Shown here in pieces: positions 1-12,989 of a DNA stretch of 64,000 bases. The DNA comes from Eledone cirrhosa. Taxonomy: Eukaryota. The stretch is from assembly GCA_964016885.1 (NCBI GenBank), contig OZ024744.1, positions 14,260,001 to 14,324,000 on the forward strand, given 5' to 3'. Position numbers and translations under genes: made by a program. Numbering within the stretch: the first letter of the stretch is position 1; each line of letters starts with the position of its first letter. The notes under the pieces are model-generated. The model saw only the letters and a program-made list of their open reading frames with translations. It made no database searches and had not been told where the DNA came from.

Positions 1-910
1 CTGGTTTTTAATTTGTATCATATGAGTGTGAGTGTGCATGTGTGTGTATGCATGTCTGTATTTGTATACGAATGCGCGCCTTTGTATGTACGCATTATGT
101 GATTTTGTCTGTACGTATTTTATATATATATTTATATATATATTTGTACGTACGAACCTATGTTTGTTTTCTATTTTTTCTAGTGTTAATTTATAATTGA
201 TAACCCCTCCCTCTTACTTTCTCTTTGATTTAAAAAATGTTTATTCTCATATATTGTTTCATTTTTGTATATGAGCCTCAGACTGACACTGCTTTGACTG
301 ATACACTCCCTTCCCTGTATATATCACTCGCATATATGTGGTCGCGCGTGTGTGTGTGTTTATACGCGTGCTTTCATACTTGTATGTGTATATATTTCAA
401 TCCTTAATACCTGAATCTGGATGTACGTTAAATATATTATCTTACAATTTCTTTTTCAACATATATTATATACGTATTTGTGGCCACATACATTGATATG
501 CTTGCCCTCATATATGTACTTACGCACACATTTTTTCACTATACACATACATTTGTACATACACACATATGTACATTTGTGAGTGAATATACACACATTT
601 ATACACATACCCTAACTATATTTCCTTATTTTATCTATATATCTCTTGCATTACTTTTATTTATATATATTTTTTTGCCCGTTCAACTTTTGCCTTTCTT
701 GAGGAGATTTTTCAAATATTTCACTATGTTTTAAATTGCCTTGTCCGACGAACGAATGAGGACGTTTTTGTATTCGTCTTATTCGGGAAACCTCTGGTAA
801 TGAGGTAATTATATTGTATTGTTTATTATACATTAAATTTAGCTCTGGTACTTACATAGAGCACTCTTCACTCCTATGACTTTTTCAATTTTCAACGGAA
901 ACTTCAATAC
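1..910 (+). mobile_element. Probable 3' UTR/pseudo-LTR remnant of a Penelope-like element
   Basis: Low-complexity TG/TA/CA-rich UTR-like tract, then a degenerate hammerhead motif (745-807), ending at a (TA)n run (912-924). The other PLE ends in this window have the same layout. Confidence 0.45.
741..810 (+). ncRNA. Degenerate type I hammerhead ribozyme
   Basis: CCGACGA (745-751, U4C), stem II cgaatgaggacg/cgtcttattcg, GAAA (787-790), stem III cctc/gagg, GUA triplet (805-807). Stem I is weak. Confidence 0.55.
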
Positions 911-1094
911 CTATATATATATATAAATACATAAAAATGAACGAATACAGACAGGAGTGTTACCTCATCAGTGGACCGTTAGGGACTCGTTGTTTCGGTA
1001 CTTTAGGGTCAATACAACTGGCTCTAGTGCACAAATGACAGCAACAAATGGACAAAGAACAAGACAGTAGTCTTAATGACCATTTACAAATAAT

Positions 1095-1184
1095 TGTTTC
1101 TACTTTTGGCACAAGTCCAGCAATTATCCAGTGTATTACTGGTACTTTATTTTATCGACCCCGTAAGGACGAAAGGCAAAGTTA
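1095..1184 (-). mobile_element. 5'-truncated tRNA-derived SINE with 16-bp target-site duplication
   Basis: Matches the 3' half of the SINE at 40344-40527 in reverse. Direct repeat accatttacaaataat at 1079-1094 and 1185-1200. Confidence 0.85.
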
Positions 1185-1403
1185 ACCATTTACAAATAAT
1201 GTACAAAGTACAGTAACAAATGCATAACAGATAAGACGATAGTCCCAACAACTATTTACAAATTATAGCAAATTTGCTACTAACCCTATGATTTACAACT
1301 GAAAAGATATTGATCAGGTCCAACATATCGATTAGCCAAGAAGGAGAAGTGATAGATAATATGCTAACATTAATAAAGTTATTTTCCGTTTGCTTGGAAG
1401 TCC

Positions 1404-1469
<66 letters not shown>

Positions 1470-1470
1470 T
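1404..1470. repeat. (AG)n microsatellite followed by (TG)n
   Basis: Seen directly. Confidence 0.97.
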
Positions 1471-1691
1471 TTGATAACTGGAAGAAGCGTTGGGGAGTAT
1501 AAAAAATGGGTAGGTTTGGGACGCCGCTACAATACAAATATTGATGAAACAAAGTCGGTTGAGGAAGAAGCGACATGCAATTATATTTACAAATGAACCT
1601 ACAAATACCCATACTTAGTACTTTATTTATTTTACATATACATTATTATTTGCTACTTGCTTTAATTCTCGTTTATTCCATTCTATTGTAG

Positions 1692-2025
1692 CCTGAAAAA
1701 ACCTACGACAAAACAGTGCTGTAATGGACGACAATCTACTAAAACATCTCAATTAGCTAAAAAAGACACTGATGATTCTGAAATATGCCAGAAAATATTA
1801 ATGGAAGTTATGAAAGACCGATCAGTGTTATCTAAAATTTCTGCCTTGAAAAGTCGTTTACAAATGTTGACATTAATGGTAAATGATTGTGAGGAATATT
1901 TACGACAAAAGGAAAAACACCGTTTACGCCAACAACAGAAGAAAACTATAATACGGATTACCTTAGCAACAGTTATTACTAGTGTGACAATATTTATTAT
2001 TACATGTTTATACAATCAATTATAA
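1692..2025 (+). CDS. Putative terminal exon of an orphan coiled-coil, C-terminally anchored membrane protein
   Basis: Pyrimidine tract and AG acceptor at 1690-1691. Frame is open from 1693 (LKKPTTKQCC...) through the listed 74-aa ORF. Heptad-like segment, then hydrophobic IIRITLATVITSVTIFIITCLY at the C-terminus. Stop overlaps AATAAA (2024-2029). Confidence 0.5.
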
Positions 2026-2112
2026 TAAAACAATATCTATTATATTTTTATTCAAATCACATTGTCTCATGTGTTCCTCTATTTACCTGTGTGGTTTTCT
2101 GTTAGTCTGTTT

Positions 2113-2312
2113 NNNNNNNNNNNNNNNNNNNNNNNNNNNNNNNNNNNNNNNNNNNNNNNNNNNNNNNNNNNNNNNNNNNNNNNNNNNNNNNNNNNNNNNN
2201 NNNNNNNNNNNNNNNNNNNNNNNNNNNNNNNNNNNNNNNNNNNNNNNNNNNNNNNNNNNNNNNNNNNNNNNNNNNNNNNNNNNNNNNNNNNNNNNNNNNN
2301 NNNNNNNNNNNN
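2113..2312. other. Assembly gap (200 N)
   Basis: Run of N. Confidence 1.
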
Positions 2313-2717
2313 TGAAGAGCGACAGAGAGAGTAAAGCAGTTAAATTATAGAGAAGGGGAATGATCTCACATTCATACACATACATACATACATACATACA
2401 TACATAATACCTATAAAGTATAGATATGTGTGTGTGTTTGTGTATGTGTGTGTCTGTGTGTTTTGTTTTGATGTTATCCGGCAATTGGCGAAATCAGGTG
2501 TGAAAGTATGTATATTTGTGTGTATGGGTGTGCGCGCGCGCGCGCGCGTGTGTTTGTGTGTGTTACTTATGTGAGCGACGACAGATGAAAGATATACAAC
2601 GGAAATGAACGTTATTTTTCAATCACCGCTACATTTGATCATACGACATTGTTTATTTCAAAATTATTTTAATGCGCATACTTGATTTACGTCATTAAAA
2701 ACGGCACTTGCTGCCAC

Positions 2718-3038
<321 letters not shown>

Positions 3039-3058
3039 ATATATGACAATTTCTTTTC

Positions 3059-3178
3059 TTTTACAACCTTGCCACCAGGAAGGTGGCGGTCAAAAATATA
3101 CTCGAAATTAAGAGAAAGAGTAATATACATACATACATACATACATACATACATACATACACATACATACATACATAT
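3059..3178 (+). mobile_element. Short retroposon 3' end with (TACA)n tail
   Basis: 3059-3120 matches the reverse complement of about 52252-52318. Both copies abut (TACA)n/(TATG)n. Confidence 0.6.
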
Positions 3179-3841
3179 ATACGACCGTCAGCTTTATAAG
3201 TATAGATAGCTGTTTGTGTGTGTGTTTGTGTATGTGTTTGTGTATGTGTGTATGTGTATGTGTGTGTCTGTGTGTTTTGTTTTGATGTAATCCGGCAATT
3301 GGCGAAATCAGGTGTGAAAATATGTGTATTTGTGTGTGTGTGTGTGTGTGTATATTTTGTGTATGTGTGAGTGTGTGTGTTACTTATGCGAGCGACGGCA
3401 GATGATTGAAGGGAGATACGGAAACTAAAACAGTGTTGTCATATAGAGAGTGAAGAGCGACAGAGAGAGTAAAGCAGTTAAATTATAGAGAGGGATGATC
3501 TATTATAAAGAGAGGGAAGAGCGACGGAGAGAGTAAAGCTAAGAAACTATAGGGAGGTGTGTAGGATACATACATACATAATACGACGCCCAGCTTTATA
3601 ATATTATAGACTAGAATTTTTTCTATGTGTATATGAAGATGTATGTGTATATGCAGACATTTATATCTATGAGTATATAAATATTAACGTGCAAACACAG
3701 ACACACTTACAAAATACACACTCACAGACATACATTCACACAAACACATATACATACATTTACACAAACACACACACACATACACTCACACACTGTTTGT
3801 TCACCTTACTTTATACACACATACATTCAAGCAAGCAGCAG

Positions 3842-3896
3842 ACGTAAAGAGAGAGGAGTAGTATGAGGTAGTCAAACTACTCCTCTCTCTTTACGT
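3842..3896. repeat. Perfect 21-bp inverted repeat (hairpin) with 13-nt loop
   Basis: acgtaaagagagaggagtagt (3842-3862) / actactcctctctctttacgt (3876-3896). Confidence 0.9.
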
Positions 3897-4050
3897 GTTG
3901 TGACAGAATCGCAGAAATTTAGATATGTATTGTTTATAATCGGTATGGTGTAGACGTTCTTTCTTGCTAACAAGACTTGAATTACGTCATGGCAATACCA
4001 GAGAAATATGAACAGATTGGGGCTGAGAAGGGTTCCCAGTCAGACTACCT

Positions 4051-4325
4051 ACTCCAGGTCTTGAATAATCGTCCCCTCACCCCGCCCCCCGCTTATTAAA
4101 TTTTGTTGCTCTATCTCTGACAAAATGTTGTTGTAATTCATATCGATACAGCAGCTGGTGACAAAAAAAAGAAAATTACAAGGAATCCCATATGTACGAG
4201 CGTACACTATACAATTATCGATTTCCTAACACCACTTTAACCCCTCCACGCACACACTTATAATAATTTAAGCAAATGTCCACCCCCTACCCCGCTTATC
4301 CTCCCCTATTATTTGGGACCCGACG
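4051..4325. mobile_element. MITE with degenerate terminal inverted repeats and 8-9 bp TSD
   Basis: (a)gactacct is duplicated at about 4042-4050 and 4326-4334. Ends ctccaggtcttgaataat / attatttgggacccgacg are imperfectly complementary. Confidence 0.6.
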
Positions 4326-6885
4326 AGACTACCTGCACGCTACTATTTCCTCTGAATTCATGACAAATCTTCTTGCCGCCATCCCAGCTACATTGGCTCT
4401 CATTCTTTCAATAGAAAACTAGATTTCTTGGCCAAAACCAGGCAATAAATCACGGTACTCAACCAAAATCCCTCACAGGTTAAACGAATATTAGGTATAG
4501 TGGCTTGATCTCTAGTAGTGAGAGGGGACATTAGTGGGTACTCGTCCTGCCACAAACTGAACTGTGTTTAATATTTGTTATTTCTTTCCCCAATCAGTCG
4601 TTTTACAAGTCTTTCCGTTGCCTCCAGAGATTCATTAACATATAACTTGGCTGTTAACAATATTATATTTCAACGATACACGATATATCAATTGCTATAT
4701 CTATTGGTATATCCATTGGTATATCTATTGGTATATTGTATATCTATTGGTATATTGTATAACTATTGGTATATTGTATATCTATTGGTATATTGTATAT
4801 ATATTGGTATATTGTATAACTATTGGTATATTGTATATCTATGGTATATTGTATATCTATTGGTATATTGTATAACTATTGGTATATTGTATATATATTG
4901 GTATATTGTATATCTATTGCTATATTGTATATCTATTGGTATATTGTATAACTATTGGTATATTGTATATCTATGGTATATTGTATATCTATTGGTATAT
5001 TGTATAACTATTGGTATATTGTATATCTATTGGTATATTGTATATCTATGGTATATTGTATATCTATTGGTATATTGTATAACTATTGGTATATTGTATA
5101 TCTATTGGTATATTGTATATGTATTGGTATATTGTATATCTATTGGTATATTGTATAACTATTGGTATATTGTATATCTATGGTATATTGTATATCTATT
5201 GGTATATTGTATAGACTAGTGGTATATTGTATATCTATTGGTATATTGTATATATATTGGTATATTGTATATCTATTGGTATATTGTATATCTATGGTAT
5301 ATTGTATATCTATTGGTATATTGTATAACTATTGGTATATTGTATATCTATTGGTATATTGTATATATATTGGTATATTGTATATCTATTGCTATATTGT
5401 ATATCTATTGGTATATTGTATATATATTGCTATATCGTATATCTATTGCTATATTGTATATCTGTTGGTATATTGTATAGCTAATGGTATATCTATTGGT
5501 ATATCTATTGGTATATTTATTAGTATATTGTATACTCATTGGTATATCGTATATCTATTGGTATAGTGTATATCTATTGGTATATCTATTGGTATATACT
5601 ATATCTATTGGTATATCTATTAGTATACTGTATGTCTATTGGCATATTGTATATCTATTGCTATATCTATTGGTATATCTATAGGTATATTGTATATATA
5701 TTGGTATATTGTATACATATTGGTATATTTGTATGTTGTATATATTTTGGCATATTGTATATATAATGGTACATTGTATATCTATTGTTATATTTTTATA
5801 TTGTATTTTATAGGTATATTGTATATCTATTGATATGTTGTATATCTGTTGCTATATTGTGTATCTATTGGTATGTTGTATATCTATTACTATATTGTAT
5901 ATCTATCGTTATATCGTATGTCTATTGCTATTTTGTATATCTATTGGTATATCTATTAGTATATTGTATATCTATTAGTATATTGTATATCTGTTGGTTT
6001 ATCAATTAGCATATTGTATATCTTTTGGTATATTGTATATCTAGTGGTATATTGTAAATCTATTGGTATATTGTACATCTATTGGTATATTGTATATATA
6101 TTGGTATATTGTATATATATTGGTATATTGGTATATGTATAATGGTATATTGTATATTTATTGGTATATTGTTATATCTATTGCTATAACGTATATCTAT
6201 TTTATATCTATTTGTATACAGAATATCTATTTGTATATTGTAAATATATTGGTATATTTTATATATATTGCTATATATATATATTGTATATAAAATGGTA
6301 TAATGATATATTGTATATATATATGGGTATATTATTTATATATTGGTATATTGTATATCTATTGCATTATTGTATAGTTATTGGTATATTGTATATCTAA
6401 TGCTAAATTGTATATATATTGGTATATTCTATATCTATTGGTATATTGTATATCTATTGGTATAATGCATATCTATTGCTATATTGGGTATCTATTGGTA
6501 TATTCTATATCTATTGGTATATTGTATGTCTATTGGTATATTGTATATCTATTGCTATATTGTATATCTATTGGTATATTGTATATCTATTGGTATATTG
6601 TCATAGCTATTGCTATATTGTATATATATATTGGTATATTGTATATCTATTGGTATATTGTATATCTATTGTTATGGTTTATATCTATTGGTATATTCTA
6701 TATCTAATGGTATATTTTATATATATTGCTATATCGTGTATCTATTGGTAAATTGTATATATATTGGTATATTGTTTATCTATTGGTATATTGTAATCTA
6801 TTGCTATATTGTATAGTTATTGCTATATTGTATATCTATTTTGTATCTATTGGTATACAGTCAATCTATTAATATATTGTATATA

Positions 6886-9800
6886 TATTGGTATATTGTA
6901 TATCTATTGGTATATGTATATATATTGTATATATATTAGTATATTGGTATATTGTATATATATATATTGGTATATTATATATATTGGTATATTGTTATAC
7001 CTATTGCTATATTTTATATCTATAGTTATATGTGCTATATTGTATATATATTGGTATATTGTTATATCTATTGCTATATGTTATATCTATTGGTATATTG
7101 GATATCTGTTGCTATATTGTATATATATATTGGCATATTTTATATCTATTGGTATATTGCATATGTAATGCGATATTTTATAGTTATTGGTATATTGTAT
7201 ATCTATTGGTATATTGTATATATATTAGTATATTGTATATATATTGCTATATTGTATATCTATACGTATATTGTATATTGTATATGTATTTGTATATCTT
7301 ATATCTATTGGTATATTGTATATCTATTGGTATATTTGCATATTGTATATATATTGGTATATTGTATATCGATTTCTATATTGTATATCTATTGGTATAT
7401 TGTTAATTCTAGTGCTATATTGTATATCTATTGGTATATTGTATATCTGTTGCTATATTGTATATCTATTGGTATATTGTATATCTATTGGTATATATAT
7501 TGCTATATTGTATATATATATTGATATATCTATTGGTATATTGCATATATATTCGTATATTGTATATCTATATGTATATTGTATAACTATTGGTATATTG
7601 TATATCTATTGGTATATCTATTGGTATATTGTATATCTATTGCTATATTGGTTTATCTATTGCTATATTGTATATCTATTGATATAGCTACTGGTATATT
7701 GTATATCTATTGTTTATCTATTGGTATATCTATTGCTATATCTATTACTATATTGTATATCTATTGATATAACTACTGGTATAGTGTATATCTATTGATA
7801 TATTGTATATCTATTGGTATATTCTATATATAATTGTATATAGTATATCTATTGGTATATTGTATATCTATTGGTATATTGTATAACTATTAGTATATTG
7901 TATATATTTGGTATGTTGTATGTCTATTGTTATGTTGATTATATATATTGGTATATTGTTTATTTATTGGTATATTGCATATCTATTGGTATCTGGTATA
8001 ACTATTGGTATATGTATTGGTTTATTGTATATCTATTGGTATATTGTATAGGTAATGTTATATCCATTAGTATATTGCATAACTATTGGTATATTGTATA
8101 TCTATTGTTATATTGGTATATCTATTGGTATATTGTAACTATTGTTATATCTATTGGTATATTGTATATACATTGGTATATTCTATAATTATTGGTATAT
8201 TGCATATCTATTGCAATTTTGAATAGGTATTGCTATATCGTATATCTATTTTATATCTATAGGTATATCTATAGGTATACCATCTATTGGTACATTGTAT
8301 ATATATTGTATATCAATTGGTATATTGGTATATTGTTTATATATTGGTATATTGTTATATCTATTGCTATATTTTATATCTATTGGTATATTGTATATCT
8401 GTTGCTATATTGTATATGTATTGGTATATTGTATATCTATCGCTATATTGTATATATATTGGTATGTTGTATATCTATAGGTATATTGTATATATATAGG
8501 TATATTGTATATATATAGGTATATTGTATATCATATATTGGGATATTGTATATCTATTGGTATATTGGTATTTTGTATATGTATTTGTATATCGTATATC
8601 TATTGGTTTATTAGTATATTGTATATATATTGGTATATTGTATATCTATTGCAATATTGTATATCTATTGGTATGTTGTATATCTATTGGTATATTGTTA
8701 TATCTAGTGCTATATTGTATGTATATTGGTATAGTGCATATCTATTGCTATATTGTATATCTATTGGTATATTGTATATCTATTGGTATATCTATTGGTA
8801 TATTGTATGTCTATTAGTATATTGCATATCTATTTGTTTAAATTATATCAATTGGTATATTGTATATGTATTGCTATATTGTATGTCTATTGGTACATTG
8901 TATATCTATTCTTATATCTATTGGTATATCTATTGCTATATTGTATATCTATTGGTATATCTATTGGTATATATATTGGTATATCTATTGGTTTATTGTA
9001 TATCGATTCGTATATCTTCTGTTATATTGTATCTCTATTGTTATAACTATTGATATATTGTATGTCTAATGGTATATCTATTGGTATATTGTATCTATAT
9101 TACTATATTGTATACCCATTGGTATATTGTATATCTATTGTTTAGTTGTATGTCTATCGCTATATTTTTTCTAAATCTATTGGAATATTGCATATCTATT
9201 GGTATATCTATTGCAATAATTTATATCTATGGATATATCTATTGGTGTATTGTATATCTATTGGTACATTGTATATCTATTAGTATATTTTATATCTATT
9301 GGACTATTGTTATATCTATTGGTATATTGTATATCTATTGATATATTGGTATATCTGTTGGTATATTGTATATCCATTGTTATATCTATTGGTATAACTA
9401 TTCCTATATATATTGATATATCTACTGGTATATTGCATATCTCTTGGTATATTGGTATATCTATTGGTATACCAATATACCTACAGATATACCAATATAG
9501 CAATAGACATACAATAAACCAATATATATACCAATATACCAATAGATATACAATATACCCCAATATATATACAATATACCAATAGATATAAAATATACCA
9601 ATATATATATATATATAATATCCCAATATATATACAATATACCAATATACCAATGGTTATACTATGTACCTATATATATATATACAATATACCAATATAT
9701 ATACATTATACCAATATACGAATAGATATACAATATTTATATGGTATATCTATTGGTATATTGAATATCTACTGATATATCTATTGCTGTATTGTATATA

Positions 9801-12800
9801 AATTGGTATATTGTAAATCTAATTGTATGTTCTATTTCTATTGCTATATTTATAGCTATTGGTATATTGTATATCTATTGGTATATTGGTATATGTATTG
9901 GTATATTGTATATATGTTGGTATATCTATTGGTATATTGTATATCTATTGGTATATGTATATATATTGTATATATATTAGTATATTGGTATATTGTATAT
10001 ATATATATTGGTATATTATATATATTGGTATATTGTTATACCTATTGCTATATTTTATATCTATAGTTATATGTGCTATATTGTATATATATTGGTATAT
10101 TGTTATATCTATTGCTATATGTTATATCTATTGGTATATTGGATATCTGTTGCTATATTGTATATATATATTGGCATATTTTATATCTATTGGTATATTG
10201 CATATGTAATGCGATATTTTATAGTTATTGGTATATTGTATATCTATTGGTATATTGTATATATATTAGTATATTGTATATATATTGCTATATTGTATAT
10301 CTATACGTATATTGTATATTGTATATGTATTTGTATATCTTATATCTATTGGTATATTGTATATCTATTGGTATATTTGCATATTGTATATATATTGGTA
10401 TATTGTATATCGATTTCTATATTGTATATCTATTGGTATATTGTTAATTCTAGTGCTATATTGTATATCTATTGGTATATTGTATATCTGTTGCTATATT
10501 GTATATCTATTGGTATATTGTATATCTATTGGTATATATATTGCTATATTGTATATATATATTGATATATCTATTGGTATATTGCATATATATTCGTATA
10601 TTGTATATCTATATGTATATTGTATAACTATTGGTATATTGTATATCTATTGGTATATCTATTGGTATATTGTATATCTATTGCTATATTGGTTTATCTA
10701 TTGCTATATTGTATATCTATTGATATAGCTACTGGTATATTGTATATCTATTGTTTATCTATTGGTATATCTATTGCTATATCTATTACTATATTGTATA
10801 TCTATTGATATAACTACTGGTATAGTGTATATCTATTGATATATTGTATATCTATTGGTATATTCTATATATAATTGTATATAGTATATCTATTGGTATA
10901 TTGTATATCTATTGGTATATTGTATAACTATTAGTATATTGTATATATTTGGTATGTTGTATGTCTATTGTTATGTTGATTATATATATTGGTATATTGT
11001 TTATTTATTGGTATATTGCATATCTATTGGTATCTGGTATAACTATTGGTATATGTATTGGTTTATTGTATATCTATTGGTATATTGTATAGGTAATGTT
11101 ATATCCATTAGTATATTGCATAACTATTGGTATATTGTATATCTATTGTTATATTGGTATATCTATTGGTATATTGTAACTATTGTTATATCTATTGGTA
11201 TATTGTATATACATTGGTATATTCTATAATTATTGGTATATTGCATATCTATTGCAATTTTGAATAGGTATTGCTATATCGTATATCTATTTTATATCTA
11301 TAGGTATATCTATAGGTATACCATCTATTGGTACATTGTATATATATTGTATATCAATTGGTATATTGGTATATTGTTTATATATTGGTATATTGTTATA
11401 TCTATTGCTATATTTTATATCTATTGGTATATTGTATATCTGTTGCTATATTGTATATGTATTGGTATATTGTATATCTATCGCTATATTGTATATATAT
11501 TGGTATGTTGTATATCTATAGGTATATTGTATATATATAGGTATATTGTATATATATAGGTATATTGTATATCATATATTGGGATATTGTATATCTATTG
11601 GTATATTGGTATTTTGTATATGTATTTGTATATCGTATATCTATTGGTTTATTAGTATATTGTATATATATTGGTATATTGTATATCTATTGCAATATTG
11701 TATATCTATTGGTATGTTGTATATCTATTGGTATATTGTTATATCTAGTGCTATATTGTATGTATATTGGTATAGTGCATATCTATTGCTATATTGTATA
11801 TCTATTGGTATATTGTATATCTATTGGTATATCTATTGGTATATTGTATGTCTATTAGTATATTGCATATCTATTTGTTTAAATTATATCAATTGGTATA
11901 TTGTATATGTATTGCTATATTGTATGTCTATTGGTACATTGTATATCTATTCTTATATCTATTGGTATATCTATTGCTATATTGTATATCTATTGGTATA
12001 TCTATTGGTATATATATTGGTATATCTATTGGTTTATTGTATATCGATTCGTATATCTTCTGTTATATTGTATCTCTATTGTTATAACTATTGATATATT
12101 GTATGTCTAATGGTATATCTATTGGTATATTGTATCTATATTACTATATTGTATACCCATTGGTATATTGTATATCTATTGTTTAGTTGTATGTCTATCG
12201 CTATATTTTTTCTAAATCTATTGGAATATTGCATATCTATTGGTATATCTATTGCAATAATTTATATCTATGGATATATCTATTGGTGTATTGTATATCT
12301 ATTGGTACATTGTATATCTATTAGTATATTTTATATCTATTGGACTATTGTTATATCTATTGGTATATTGTATATCTATTGATATATTGGTATATCTGTT
12401 GGTATATTGTATATCCATTGTTATATCTATTGGTATAACTATTCCTATATATATTGATATATCTACTGGTATATTGCATATCTCTTGGTATATTGGTATA
12501 TCTATTGGTATACCAATATACCTACAGATATACCAATATAGCAATAGACATACAATAAACCAATATATATACCAATATACCAATAGATATACAATATACC
12601 CCAATATATATACAATATACCAATAGATATAAAATATACCAATATATATATATATATAATATCCCAATATATATACAATATACCAATATACCAATGGTTA
12701 TACTATGTACCTATATATATATATACAATATACCAATATATATACATTATACCAATATACGAATAGATATACAATATTTATATGGTATATCTATTGGTAT

Positions 12801-12989
12801 ATTGAATATCTACTGATATATCTATTGCTGTATTGTATATAAATTGGTATATTGTAAATCTAATTGTATGTTCTATTTCTATTGCTATATTTATAGCTAT
12901 TGGTATATTGTATATCTATTGGTATATTGGTATATGTATTGGTATATTGTATATATGTTGGTATATCTATTGGTATATTGTATATCTAT
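6886..12989. repeat. Near-identical 3041-bp tandem duplication inside the satellite
   Basis: Identical ORFs offset by 3041 (6952/9993, 8505/11546, 9258/12299). Confidence 0.93.

Noticed and set aside
3864-3872. let-7-like TGAGGTAGT
   Set aside because: It is only a 9-nt match and lies in the hairpin loop rather than an arm.
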